Shown: in pieces, positions 16,913-25,141 of the stretch
Position numbering within the stretch: the first letter of the stretch is position 1
Layout: each line of letters starts with the position of its first letter
Source of the DNA: Actinomycetota bacterium
GTDB taxonomy: Bacteria > Actinomycetota > CADDZG01 > WHSQ01
Assembly: GCA_050694015.1 (NCBI GenBank)
Contig: JBOGWY010000297.1
Span: 1-38,412 of the forward strand
DNA: 38,412 nt
Direction of reading: 5' to 3'
Made by a program: the position numbers and the translations under genes
Notes under the pieces: model-generated
What the model was told of the DNA's origin: nothing
Database searches by the model: none
Seen by the model: only the letters and a program-made list of their open reading frames with translations

Positions 16913-17407
16913 ATGGCTGCAGACGAAAGACTCTTTCCATTCGGCGGCGAACCGCATCGCGTCACCGTAACGACTGCGGCACGTCCACACACGAAGACGG
17001 TTGGCGACCAGACGGAGGCGATGGTCATGGCACGCCTCCTTCAGGTGTACCCGGCCGTCCTTCTGCCGTTCGGTGAGAATCAGCGCTACGACCTTGTTGT
17101 CGACGACGGAGAAAAGTTCCTGAAGATTCAGTGCAAAACCGGACGACTGCAAGCTGGGGCGATTTCCTTCCCGGTTTGCAGCACGAGCTACCTCACGCGC
17201 GCCGACGGAGCGAGACCACGTCATGTTCCGTACGAGGACGCCGTCGATGCCTTTGGGGTGTACTGCCCTGAAACGGACTCCGTCTACCTAGTTCCTGTTT
17301 CAGAGGTCGGAGCCAGGGCTTGTTCCCTTCGCGTTGATCCGCCGCGGAACAACCAATCCAAAAAGGTACGCTGGGCTTCGGACTTCGAGGTAGTCCCGCC
17401 GGGTTAG
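16913..17407 (+). CDS. PD-(D/E)xK endonuclease-like protein (resembles the PDDEXK_5 / I-Ssp6803I-like family); its 3' end overlaps tRNA-Thr by 10 nt
   Basis: Motif order GDQTE...(V)LLPFGENQRYDLVVDD...KIQCKTG...DAFGVYCPETDSVYLVP...LRVDPPRNNQ. My hand count over 16921-17400 gives about 60% G+C, lower than neighbours. Confidence 0.55.
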   Translation: MAADERLFPFGGEPHRVTVTTAARPHTKTVGDQTEAMVMARLLQVYPAVLLPFGENQRYDLVVDDGEKFLKIQCKTGRLQAGAISFPVCSTSYLTRADGARPRHVPYEDAVDAFGVYCPETDSVYLVPVSEVGARACSLRVDPPRNNQSKKVRWASDFEVVPPG

Positions 17408-17471
17408 CTCAGTTCGGTAGAGCAGCTCACTTGTAATGAGCAGGCCGTCGGTTCGAATCCGACACCCGGCT
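17398..17471 (+). tRNA. tRNA-Thr (anticodon TGT); CCA not encoded
   Basis: Hand-folded cloverleaf: acceptor gccgggt/acccggc, D arm gctc-agttcggta-gagc, anticodon arm gctca-cttgtaa-tgagc, T arm gtcgg-ttcgaat-ccgac. Confidence 0.9.
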
Positions 17472-17503
17472 CGGCAGACGTTGCAAGAGTCAATGGAGAC
17501 GAC

Positions 17504-18790
17504 TTGGACGATCATGTAGACGCAGCAGAAGGGAAACTCGATACCTCGGGCGACTCCGCGTGGGAGACGGCCCTCGCGCAACTCGACGAGTCCGCCGAGC
17601 TCATGGGTCTGGCCCCCGGGGTGCACCAGACCCTCCGCACGCCCAAGCGTTCGTTGATCGTGTCGGTCCCGTTCCGGATGGACGACGGGTCGACCCGCGT
17701 GTACCAGGGCTACCGCGTCCAGCACAACGTCACCCGCGGCCCGGCCAAGGGTGGCATCCGTTACCACCCGAGTGTCGGCCTCGGCGAGGTCAAGGCGCTC
17801 GCGATGTGGATGACGTGGAAATGCGCGATCGCGGGGATCCCGTTCGGCGGGGCCAAGGGCGGTGTCTCGGTCGATCCGAAGGAACTCAGCCTCGCCGAGC
17901 TCGAACGTATGACGCGCCGTTACGCGTCCGAGATCCTGCCGTTGATCGGCCCCGAGCGCGACATCCCGGCTCCCGACATGAACACCAACGAACAGATCAT
18001 GTCGTGGATCATGGACACGTACTCGATCAACAAGGGTTACTCCGTGCCTGGTGTTGTGACGGGAAAACCGGTCGCGATCGGTGGTTCGAAGGGACGCGGG
18101 GGAGCGACCAGCCGCGGCGTGATGTACGTGATCTTTTCGACCCTCAAGGCACTCGGTACCGGCATCGACGAGGTCAGCATCGCGATCCAGGGCTACGGGA
18201 AGGTGGGCGGGTTCGCGGCCCAGCTCCTCCACGACGCCGGATGTCGCGTCGTGGCCGTGTCCGACGCGCACGGCGGGCTCTATCGCGATCGGGGGCTCGA
18301 TCCCGAGGCGATCAACCGGCACGTCCGTGACACAGGAACCGTCGTCGGCTACGAGGGGGCCGAGCAGGTTACGAACGAGGAGCTCCTCGAGATCGATTGC
18401 GATGTCCTCGTGCCCGCCGCGATCGAGGGCGTCATCACGGTCAAGAATGCCGACCGGGTCCGCGCGAAGGTCGTCTGCGAGGCGGCGAACGGCCCGATCA
18501 CGTTCGAGGGCGACAAGATCCTCACGGACCGGGGCATCTTCGTGGTGCCCGACATCCTTGCCAACTCGGGCGGCGTCACGGTCTCGTACTTCGAATGGGT
18601 CCAGGACATCCAGGCGTACTTCTGGAGCGAAGAGGAAGTGAACGACCGGCTCCGCTCGATCATGGAGGGCGCCTTCGACAACGTCTACGAGCTCTCCAAG
18701 GAGAAGGGCTTGTCGATGCGCCAGGCCGCCCACTGGATCGGGGTCGGCCGGGTCGCCGAAGCGCATCTGACCCGGGGCCTCTTCCCGTAA
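17504..18790 (+). CDS. gdh: Glutamate dehydrogenase (Glu/Leu/Phe/Val dehydrogenase family)
   Basis: GYRVQHNVTRGPAKGGIRYHP...WMTWKCAIAGIPFGGAKGG... and an NAD(P) Rossmann motif IQGYGKVGG. TTG 17504 is the only in-frame start upstream of the conserved N-terminal region. Confidence 0.9.
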   Translation: MDDHVDAAEGKLDTSGDSAWETALAQLDESAELMGLAPGVHQTLRTPKRSLIVSVPFRMDDGSTRVYQGYRVQHNVTRGPAKGGIRYHPSVGLGEVKALAMWMTWKCAIAGIPFGGAKGGVSVDPKELSLAELERMTRRYASEILPLIGPERDIPAPDMNTNEQIMSWIMDTYSINKGYSVPGVVTGKPVAIGGSKGRGGATSRGVMYVIFSTLKALGTGIDEVSIAIQGYGKVGGFAAQLLHDAGCRVVAVSDAHGGLYRDRGLDPEAINRHVRDTGTVVGYEGAEQVTNEELLEIDCDVLVPAAIEGVITVKNADRVRAKVVCEAANGPITFEGDKILTDRGIFVVPDILANSGGVTVSYFEWVQDIQAYFWSEEEVNDRLRSIMEGAFDNVYELSKEKGLSMRQAAHWIGVGRVAEAHLTRGLFP

Positions 18791-18865
18791 CCCAGGATCC
18801 CTGAACTAGCGCACGAGCGCGAGAAAATCCACGGGTCCCCACCCGCTCCGGACTAGGCTCGGGTC

Positions 18866-19135
18866 ATGGAAGAACTCACCCAGCGCGATCTCGACATCCT
18901 GGACTTCGAACGCTCGTGGTGGAAGCACGCCGGCGTCAAAGAGCAGGCGATCAAGGAGCGGTTCGAGATGTCTGCGACCCGCTACTACCAACTCCTTAAC
19001 GAGCTGCTCGAGCAGCCCGCCGCGATGGCTCACGATCCGATCCTCGTGAAGCGACTCAAGCGACTCCGCGTCTACCGCCAACGGCAGCGCGTCGCTCGCC
19101 TCCTAGGGGCCGAGTACTCGCCTCAGAAACGGTAG
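18866..19135 (+). CDS. DUF3263 family protein
   Basis: LTQRDLDILDFERSWWKHAGVKEQAIKERFEMSATRYYQLLNELL...DPILVKRLKRLR matches my recollection of the actinobacterial DUF3263 pattern. Confidence 0.65.
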   Translation: MEELTQRDLDILDFERSWWKHAGVKEQAIKERFEMSATRYYQLLNELLEQPAAMAHDPILVKRLKRLRVYRQRQRVARLLGAEYSPQKR

Positions 19136-19144
19136 TAAAGCCGC

Positions 19145-19702
19145 GTGGGGCGGCACTCATCTCCGAATCAGGGCCCGTTCGTTAGGTCGTTCGTCGGCTG
19201 GATCGCGATGTGGGTCGCGATCGCCGCGATCACCGGCGTCGCGGTCTGGTTCGTCGTCAACGCTCTCTATGGGCGGGGCATCGACCAACAACCGGCAGTC
19301 GCGAACGACCGCGAGACGCAAGCACCCGAACCGACGCAAGAGCCCGAATCCGAACCCGTCGTGGCGACTGAATCCCCGGATCCTGTGGAGACCGAGGAAT
19401 CCCCGGATGACGAGGTGAAACTGATCACTCAGGACATCTCGGTTCAGGTTCTGAACGGAACGGTGCAACCGGATGCCGGTCAGAACATGTCGACGCGATT
19501 GACGGACCTGGGTTTCACCGTCGTCGCGATCGAGGAATCGAGTCGCGTCTACAACGAGACCACCGTGTTCTGGTCGACCCCCGAAGCTGAAGACGCCGCC
19601 CGCGCTCTGGCAGAGCGTTTCGGCTGGGTCGCCGAGCCCAAGCCCGAGAATCTCTCGCCGGACGTCTCGTTACACGTGGTGGTCGGCGCCGACGCGCCCT
19701 GA
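19145..19702 (+). CDS. LytR_C domain-containing membrane-anchored protein
   Basis: N-terminal TM helix, acidic/Pro linker, C-terminal ISVQVLNGT...AGQNMSTRLTDLGFTVV...ETTVFW... (LytR C-terminal domain pattern). Confidence 0.7.
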   Translation: MGRHSSPNQGPFVRSFVGWIAMWVAIAAITGVAVWFVVNALYGRGIDQQPAVANDRETQAPEPTQEPESEPVVATESPDPVETEESPDDEVKLITQDISVQVLNGTVQPDAGQNMSTRLTDLGFTVVAIEESSRVYNETTVFWSTPEAEDAARALAERFGWVAEPKPENLSPDVSLHVVVGADAP

Positions 19703-20518
19703 TCAGCGGTCGGTACGGTGCAGTTCGAGTCGTAGCTCCAGCTCGAGCGTCCCCACGATCGGTGCCTCCCGGCCCTCGGGAACGACGCGAGCCTCGAACG
19801 CTCCTTTCGTCGTCGACGAGGCGCGGACGAGCACACCACGGTCGATATCGAGGTCCGCATCGATCGCGACGTCGGTGTTGCCGCGCAGCGCCGCCGCTCC
19901 TTGGGGCAATCGCAGCGTCTGACTCACGGGTCCCTCACCCGAGTAGTCCAGCTCCGCGATGCGATGACCCTCGTCGTTGCGATGCAGACCCTCCAACGTC
20001 CCGATGGTTGCGATCTGTTGGAAGACGGAACCGAGCGCCAGTTGCTGCTCCGCGTCCCACGAGTCGCCGAGAGCGACCGGTTGCAACGGCAGCGGCGGCC
20101 GGTAGGTGCCGATCAGCGCGAGCTCGTCGTCGTCCAGCGCGGTCGCGGGGATCCCGTCGACCTCGAGCACCTCGAGTTTCTCTCCGTTCGGACCTAGTTC
20201 AAGGCGGAACGAGCGCTCCTCCGACCCTGGAGAGAGGAGGCCGTCCTCCTCGACCTCGCTGGGGGTCATCGTGACCGAAACGGTCGCGCCTCCATCCTCG
20301 GTGGGCCGGATCTCTTCCCGAACCTCGAACACGACGAAGTACGAGCCTTCGCCCGGTTCTCCGATGTTCCAGTCGGCGACCGCCCGCGCCTCCATCCGGT
20401 ACGTAACGGTCTCGACAGACGGATCGTCGTACCGGTAGGTCAGGTCGACTTCGTCCGGCGTGCACGCGAGTAACCCGGTTACGAGCAACAACAGGATGGT
20501 TACGCGCGGGATAAGCAT
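19703..20518 (-). CDS. Hypothetical lipoprotein
   Basis: MLIPRVTILLLLVTGLLAC lipobox. Start ATG 20518 is chosen over the longer ORF to 20797, which overlaps otsB. No family recognised. Confidence 0.6.
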   Translation of the reverse strand: MLIPRVTILLLLVTGLLACTPDEVDLTYRYDDPSVETVTYRMEARAVADWNIGEPGEGSYFVVFEVREEIRPTEDGGATVSVTMTPSEVEEDGLLSPGSEERSFRLELGPNGEKLEVLEVDGIPATALDDDELALIGTYRPPLPLQPVALGDSWDAEQQLALGSVFQQIATIGTLEGLHRNDEGHRIAELDYSGEGPVSQTLRLPQGAAALRGNTDVAIDADLDIDRGVLVRASSTTKGAFEARVVPEGREAPIVGTLELELRLELHRTDR

Positions 20519-20554
20519 CCGCCGCAGTGTATTTGCGCGACTAGGCTGCCGCGG

Positions 20555-21334
20555 ATGAACGACGACCTCGTTGATAGTTTCCGACAGAGGGCCTCCGACG
20601 CCGGGATCTTCTCGGACTTCGACGGGACGTTGTCCGAGATCGTCCATGTGCCATCGGCCGCGCGTCCCGTCCCCGGTGTTCCCGAGCTCTTGGCTCGGCT
20701 CGCCGCACGCTACGCGCTGATCGCCATCGTCTCGGGTCGTTCGGCGGGCGAGCTCCTGGAATGGCTCGGTGCGGACGTAGAGATCTGGGGGGTGCACGGC
20801 GCAGAGCGGACCCGCGACGGTCGCGTTGAATTATCCGAGCGCGCGGCCCCCCACGCCGACCTCATGTCGAAGGTACTGGCAGACGCCCGCGAGATGGTCG
20901 ACGCGCTCGGCATCGACGGTCTGATCGTCGAGGACAAGACCGTGATGCTGGGCCTGCACTTCCGCGCCACCGAAGACGTCGAGAAGGCGCGCGTGATGCT
21001 CGACGGCATCGCGGGCGAGCTTGCCGCGCGCTACGGCCTCCTCCGTGCCGGCGGACGCCTGGCGTACGAGTTGCGACCACCCGTCGAGTTCTCGAAGAAG
21101 CAGGTCGTACTGGACCGTGCCCGTGCCGAAGGGCTCGGTGCGGTGATGTTCTTGGGCGACGACCGCGTCGACCTTCCCGCCTTCGACGCGCTGGACGAAC
21201 TCGCGACCGAGGGCCTCGTGACGGTTCGAGTCGGTGTGTCGTCCGCCGAAGCCCCACCCGAGCTGATGGAACGCGCCGATGTGTTGCTGGACGGTCCGTC
21301 TGCCGTCGTCGGTTTCCTCGAGGGCCTCGTTTAG
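20555..21334 (+). CDS. otsB: Trehalose-6-phosphate phosphatase (HAD-IIB, OtsB)
   Basis: DFDGTLSEIV motif I, IVSGRS, FLGDDRVD motif. Convergent with otsA. Confidence 0.8.
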   Translation: MNDDLVDSFRQRASDAGIFSDFDGTLSEIVHVPSAARPVPGVPELLARLAARYALIAIVSGRSAGELLEWLGADVEIWGVHGAERTRDGRVELSERAAPHADLMSKVLADAREMVDALGIDGLIVEDKTVMLGLHFRATEDVEKARVMLDGIAGELAARYGLLRAGGRLAYELRPPVEFSKKQVVLDRARAEGLGAVMFLGDDRVDLPAFDALDELATEGLVTVRVGVSSAEAPPELMERADVLLDGPSAVVGFLEGLV

Positions 21335-21341
21335 TGCTGCA

Positions 21342-22805
21342 CTAGACGACGCCGGTGGGCGCCTCGCCCCGCTTGATCCTCTGCAGATCCTCGAGCTGCG
21401 CGCCGATCCAGCCTTCCGGGGTTCTCGCCTCGACGACGGCGCGGAGCTCCTCGGCCCGGGTCTTCCGTTCGGTGGGATCCATCTCGAGGGCACGCTCCAG
21501 CGCATCGGCGGTGGCGGTGACGTCGAGCGGGTCCCGGATCCCGACCGCGTGCTCACCGAGTTCTTGGTACGCCCCGGCCCCCGTGCTCAGAACCAGCACG
21601 CCGTCGCGCTGGTTGAGCGTCGGACCCTCCTTCGCGACGAGGTTCATCCCGTCCATGATCGGATTGACCAGGAGCACGTCGTAAAGGCTGAGCGCGCCGA
21701 GGGTGCGATCGAAATCGTCCTTCATGAAAAGGTCGATCGAGTCCGGGTGACGGGCGTTCACCTCGTCGACCACGCGCTCGATCGCATCCGCATACCTCTG
21801 GTATTCCGGCATCGACTGGCGTGACGGGTAGAGGCACGCTACGAATCTCGTATCCCGCAGGTCGTCGCGACGGTCGAGCAGAGCGCCGAAGGCTTCGAAA
21901 CCGCGCACGATGTTCTTGGATGGTTCCGTTCGATCGGCGCGCACGATTATGCGACCCGTATGGCGCTCCCGGAATCGTTGTGCCCATCGTGCCGCGGCCT
22001 CATCTGCTCCGCGCTCGCGCAGGTCCGCCGCGTCGATCGGGATCGGGTACTCGCGGACCCACGATCGGCGTCCCTGGTGATGGACGAGACCGGAGTCGCG
22101 ATCGACCTCTGCGCCGATCCGCTCGCAGCAGTCGAGGAAGTTGTCCACCCACGCACGGATGTGGAATCCGATCAGATCCGCTCCAAGCATCCCTTCGATC
22201 ACGTTGCGCGGGATCGGCGACGGGAGACGTTCGAGGCCGGCATCGGGCCCACAGAACGACGAGTGCGTGAAGTGGAAGATCGTGGTGTCCGGTCGCTGCT
22301 GCCGGAGGAACTTCGGCGCCATAGAGAGGTGGTAATCCTGAAACAAAACGATCCACGACTTATCGGTGATCTCGGCGACCGTGTCGGCGAACAGCCGGTT
22401 CACCGGGACGTACGCGTCGTCCCACGCGTCGAGCTCCTCCGTGCCGAAGTCCTTGATCTCGAGCTCGTCCCACAGACAATGGTTCGCGAACCACAGCATG
22501 CGATTGGAGACGACGTCGTAATAGCGGGCGTAGGTGCCCGGCTCGATGTCGAGCATCTTCACCCAGTACCCGAGGGTGTCTCGTAGTCGCCTGTTCTCGC
22601 CAACCGCGACCGCCTTGCGATCCGTCTCCGAGATGGCCGCAGCGATCCATACCGCCCGGTCACCCAGCGCCTCTGCGACGGGGTCGAGAGCACCCGCGAG
22701 GCCGCCCGCGCCGCGCTTGGTCTCGAAGCCGTTTTCCGCGGGCAGGAACGAAACCGGGCCGCGGTTCGAGACCAGAGCAACCTTTAGTTCGTCGTCCATC
22801 TTCAT
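21342..22805 (-). CDS. otsA: Alpha,alpha-trehalose-phosphate synthase (GT20, OtsA)
   Basis: LVSNRGPVSF, GGLAGAL, FQDYHL, GFHIRAW, VRADRTEPSKNIVRGF motifs. Confidence 0.9.
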   Translation of the reverse strand: MKMDDELKVALVSNRGPVSFLPAENGFETKRGAGGLAGALDPVAEALGDRAVWIAAAISETDRKAVAVGENRRLRDTLGYWVKMLDIEPGTYARYYDVVSNRMLWFANHCLWDELEIKDFGTEELDAWDDAYVPVNRLFADTVAEITDKSWIVLFQDYHLSMAPKFLRQQRPDTTIFHFTHSSFCGPDAGLERLPSPIPRNVIEGMLGADLIGFHIRAWVDNFLDCCERIGAEVDRDSGLVHHQGRRSWVREYPIPIDAADLRERGADEAAARWAQRFRERHTGRIIVRADRTEPSKNIVRGFEAFGALLDRRDDLRDTRFVACLYPSRQSMPEYQRYADAIERVVDEVNARHPDSIDLFMKDDFDRTLGALSLYDVLLVNPIMDGMNLVAKEGPTLNQRDGVLVLSTGAGAYQELGEHAVGIRDPLDVTATADALERALEMDPTERKTRAEELRAVVEARTPEGWIGAQLEDLQRIKRGEAPTGVV

Positions 22806-22808
22806 GGC

Positions 22809-24068
22809 ATGTCCGCCGGGTGGTCGGGGATACTCCTAGCTGTGTCTACCCCACCTCCGCACCCGCGCTTGCCCGCGAGCGAAAGACTGCGGCGCGCCGG
22901 TATAGCCGCGTGGTCGATCATCGGGATAGTCATCGTTGCCGGGTTCTTCTTGTGGTTGCTCTTCAAGATCCGCGTGATCTTTCCGCCGTTGGTGCTGGCG
23001 CTGCTGCTCATTTACCTCCTGAACCCCATCGTCGTCCGTCTCGAGGAACGACGCGTTCCCCGCCTCTGGGGGACCATCTTGGCCTACATCGTGGTGGTCG
23101 GAGCCGTCACGCTGATCGTCATCGCCGTGAGTCCCTTCGTTTCGAACCAGCTCGTCGCGTTCAGCGAGGACTGGCCCCAGTTCAGGACCGAGCTCGTGGA
23201 TGTGGCCGAGGACTCGGCCGCGTGGGTCGAGGACCGCACCGGGATCGCCGTAGACCTCACGCAATTCGAATGTCTCTTGGGGGCCGAGGACACACTCGAG
23301 GAAGGTCCGACCGCGGTCCAGTGCGACGAGGTGACGCGGGAGCTGCGCGAGCGGGTGGCGGGGTCCGCCGGAGAGCTCACCGAGTTGGGGTTCAACGTCT
23401 TGGAAGGTTTGCTGGTCTTCATCCTGGCTCCATTGCTCGCGCTGTATCTCCTGATCGATCTGCCCAAGCTGCAGCGCGACCTCCTGAGCCTCGTTCCGCG
23501 ATCCCACCGCGACGAGGTGTCGCAGGTCGGCACCCGTATCGGCAAGACCGTCGGCGGTTTCTTCCGGGGTCAGTTGTTCGTGGCACTGATCGTCGGCGTC
23601 CTGTCATCGATCGGTTTCGCGGTCGTCGGCCTCAAGTTCTGGCTGGTGATCGGAGCGATCGCCGGCTTCACGAACCTCATCCCTCTCGTCGGTCCGTTCA
23701 TCGGTGGCAGCCTCGGCTTCGTGGTCGGAACGGTGACCGACGACATCAAGACGGGACTTCTCGCCGCGCTCGTCGCGGCGATCGTGCAGCAGATCGATAA
23801 CCACGTCATCAGCCCGAACGTCATGAAGCGAACGGTGCAGCTCCATCCCGTCACGGTGATGCTGTCGCTGCTGGCGGGCGGGGCGCTGGCCGGTTTCTGG
23901 GGTGTCCTCCTCGGGGTCCCGGGCGTCGCCGTCGCGAAGCTCCTCGGCAGTCACTTGTGGCGGACCCGAGTCCTGCAGGAGCCGTCGATACTCGAGACGG
24001 AACCGATCGCGGACGCCGAGCCGCCGGCCGAGGATCCACGCGACAAGCCGAGCGGCGACGTGGACTAG
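22809..24068 (+). CDS. AI-2E family transporter (PerM/UPF0118)
   Basis: Multi-TM protein with the family's conserved C-terminal block (NLIPLVGPFIGG..., QQIDNHVISPNVM). The start is uncertain: ATG 22809 is only 3 nt from the otsA start, and GTG 22842 is preceded by GATACT-N7. Confidence 0.8.
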   Translation: MSAGWSGILLAVSTPPPHPRLPASERLRRAGIAAWSIIGIVIVAGFFLWLLFKIRVIFPPLVLALLLIYLLNPIVVRLEERRVPRLWGTILAYIVVVGAVTLIVIAVSPFVSNQLVAFSEDWPQFRTELVDVAEDSAAWVEDRTGIAVDLTQFECLLGAEDTLEEGPTAVQCDEVTRELRERVAGSAGELTELGFNVLEGLLVFILAPLLALYLLIDLPKLQRDLLSLVPRSHRDEVSQVGTRIGKTVGGFFRGQLFVALIVGVLSSIGFAVVGLKFWLVIGAIAGFTNLIPLVGPFIGGSLGFVVGTVTDDIKTGLLAALVAAIVQQIDNHVISPNVMKRTVQLHPVTVMLSLLAGGALAGFWGVLLGVPGVAVAKLLGSHLWRTRVLQEPSILETEPIADAEPPAEDPRDKPSGDVD

Positions 24069-25015
24069 GGCAATGTTGCAAGCGGCGGGCGCTCGATGAC
24101 CCCGAGCGCGTATGTCTCTCGCCGCGGACCATCGGGGCTCGGCCCGAACTGAGCGAATTCCTCGGGCAGATCCTGACCGAGCTTGATGCGTCCCGTCTCC
24201 TCGAAACGCTTGAAGATCGCCTGCATCACCTGGAACGACATGCGTCCGAGTTGCAACGTTGGACGGTTGCGGTGGATGCGGCGGCCGAGATCGACCTGCG
24301 CGATCGCGTCGACGCCATGGTGCTCCGAGATGTCGATCAACAGGCCGATATCGACGGCGTACCCCGTGAAGAAGGGGAGCCGGACCAGCGCGTCTCGATA
24401 TCCCGCGTATTCGCCCGAAAGTGGTTGCACCATTCCCGTGAGCTCCGGATAGAAGAGATGAAGCAGCGGCCGAACCGCGATCTCGGTGAGCCGCGCGCCG
24501 CCGGTAGTGAGCAGACCCTCTTCGTCTTGAAGTGGTCGTTCGTAGAACGCCTTCGTGAGCACGTAGCTCTCGTCGGTCAGCAGCGGTGCAACGAGATCGG
24601 TCACGAATCCGGTGTGCGCGTTGCGGGTGTCGGAATCCAGCCACACGACGATGTCACCGGAGAGCACCGACAGGCTGCGCCACAGCGCATCGCCTTTCCC
24701 TCTCACATCCGGTCCGACCTCGGGGACCAGCTTGCTCGCGCGATGAACGGTGGCACCGGCCTCCCGTGCGCGCCGGGCCGTGGCATCGGTGGAATCCGAA
24801 TCGATCACGACGATCTCGTCCACGAAGGGCGCCTCGTCCATCAGCGCCTCGCGCAGCAACGTACAGATCCCACCGACGGTGTCGGCCTCGTTGAGGGCCG
24901 GCAGGCACACGCTGATCGATAGGTCTCGCGCCCGCTTCAGGGCGATAAGTTCGTCGAGCCCGAGACCCGCAGCCCCGTAGATGTGGCGCCGCAACCGCTC
25001 GGTTGGTGGGCCCAT
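24065..25015 (-). CDS. gpgS: Glucosyl-3-phosphoglycerate synthase (GT81, GpgS)
   Basis: ISVCLPALNE..., VVIDSDSTD, GKGDALW, WLDSD, PLSGEYAG, TGYAVDIGLLID motifs as in mycobacterial GpgS. ATG 25015 gives 316 aa. The upstream ORF extension is antisense to the thrC-like gene. Confidence 0.8.
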   Translation of the reverse strand: MGPPTERLRRHIYGAAGLGLDELIALKRARDLSISVCLPALNEADTVGGICTLLREALMDEAPFVDEIVVIDSDSTDATARRAREAGATVHRASKLVPEVGPDVRGKGDALWRSLSVLSGDIVVWLDSDTRNAHTGFVTDLVAPLLTDESYVLTKAFYERPLQDEEGLLTTGGARLTEIAVRPLLHLFYPELTGMVQPLSGEYAGYRDALVRLPFFTGYAVDIGLLIDISEHHGVDAIAQVDLGRRIHRNRPTLQLGRMSFQVMQAIFKRFEETGRIKLGQDLPEEFAQFGPSPDGPRRETYALGVIERPPLATLP

Positions 25016-25141
25016 ACCAAAGAGGTTAGTCGCGGCGGGCGGGCACGACGACGCGCCTTGGGTCTCGGATGTGCTATCCAATCCTTTCCGCAACGGCGCG
25101 GGATGCCCGGACTGCGATCCGCTACCTAAGAGGTATCTCAG

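Noticed and set aside
25016-25141. Possible SAM or other riboswitch upstream of the thrC-like/sulfur-carrier pair
   Set aside because: The spacer is only 126 nt and is shared with the divergent gpgS promoter. I could not recognise conserved cores of SAM-I, SAM-II or SAM-IV. It would need a covariance-model scan to exclude properly.
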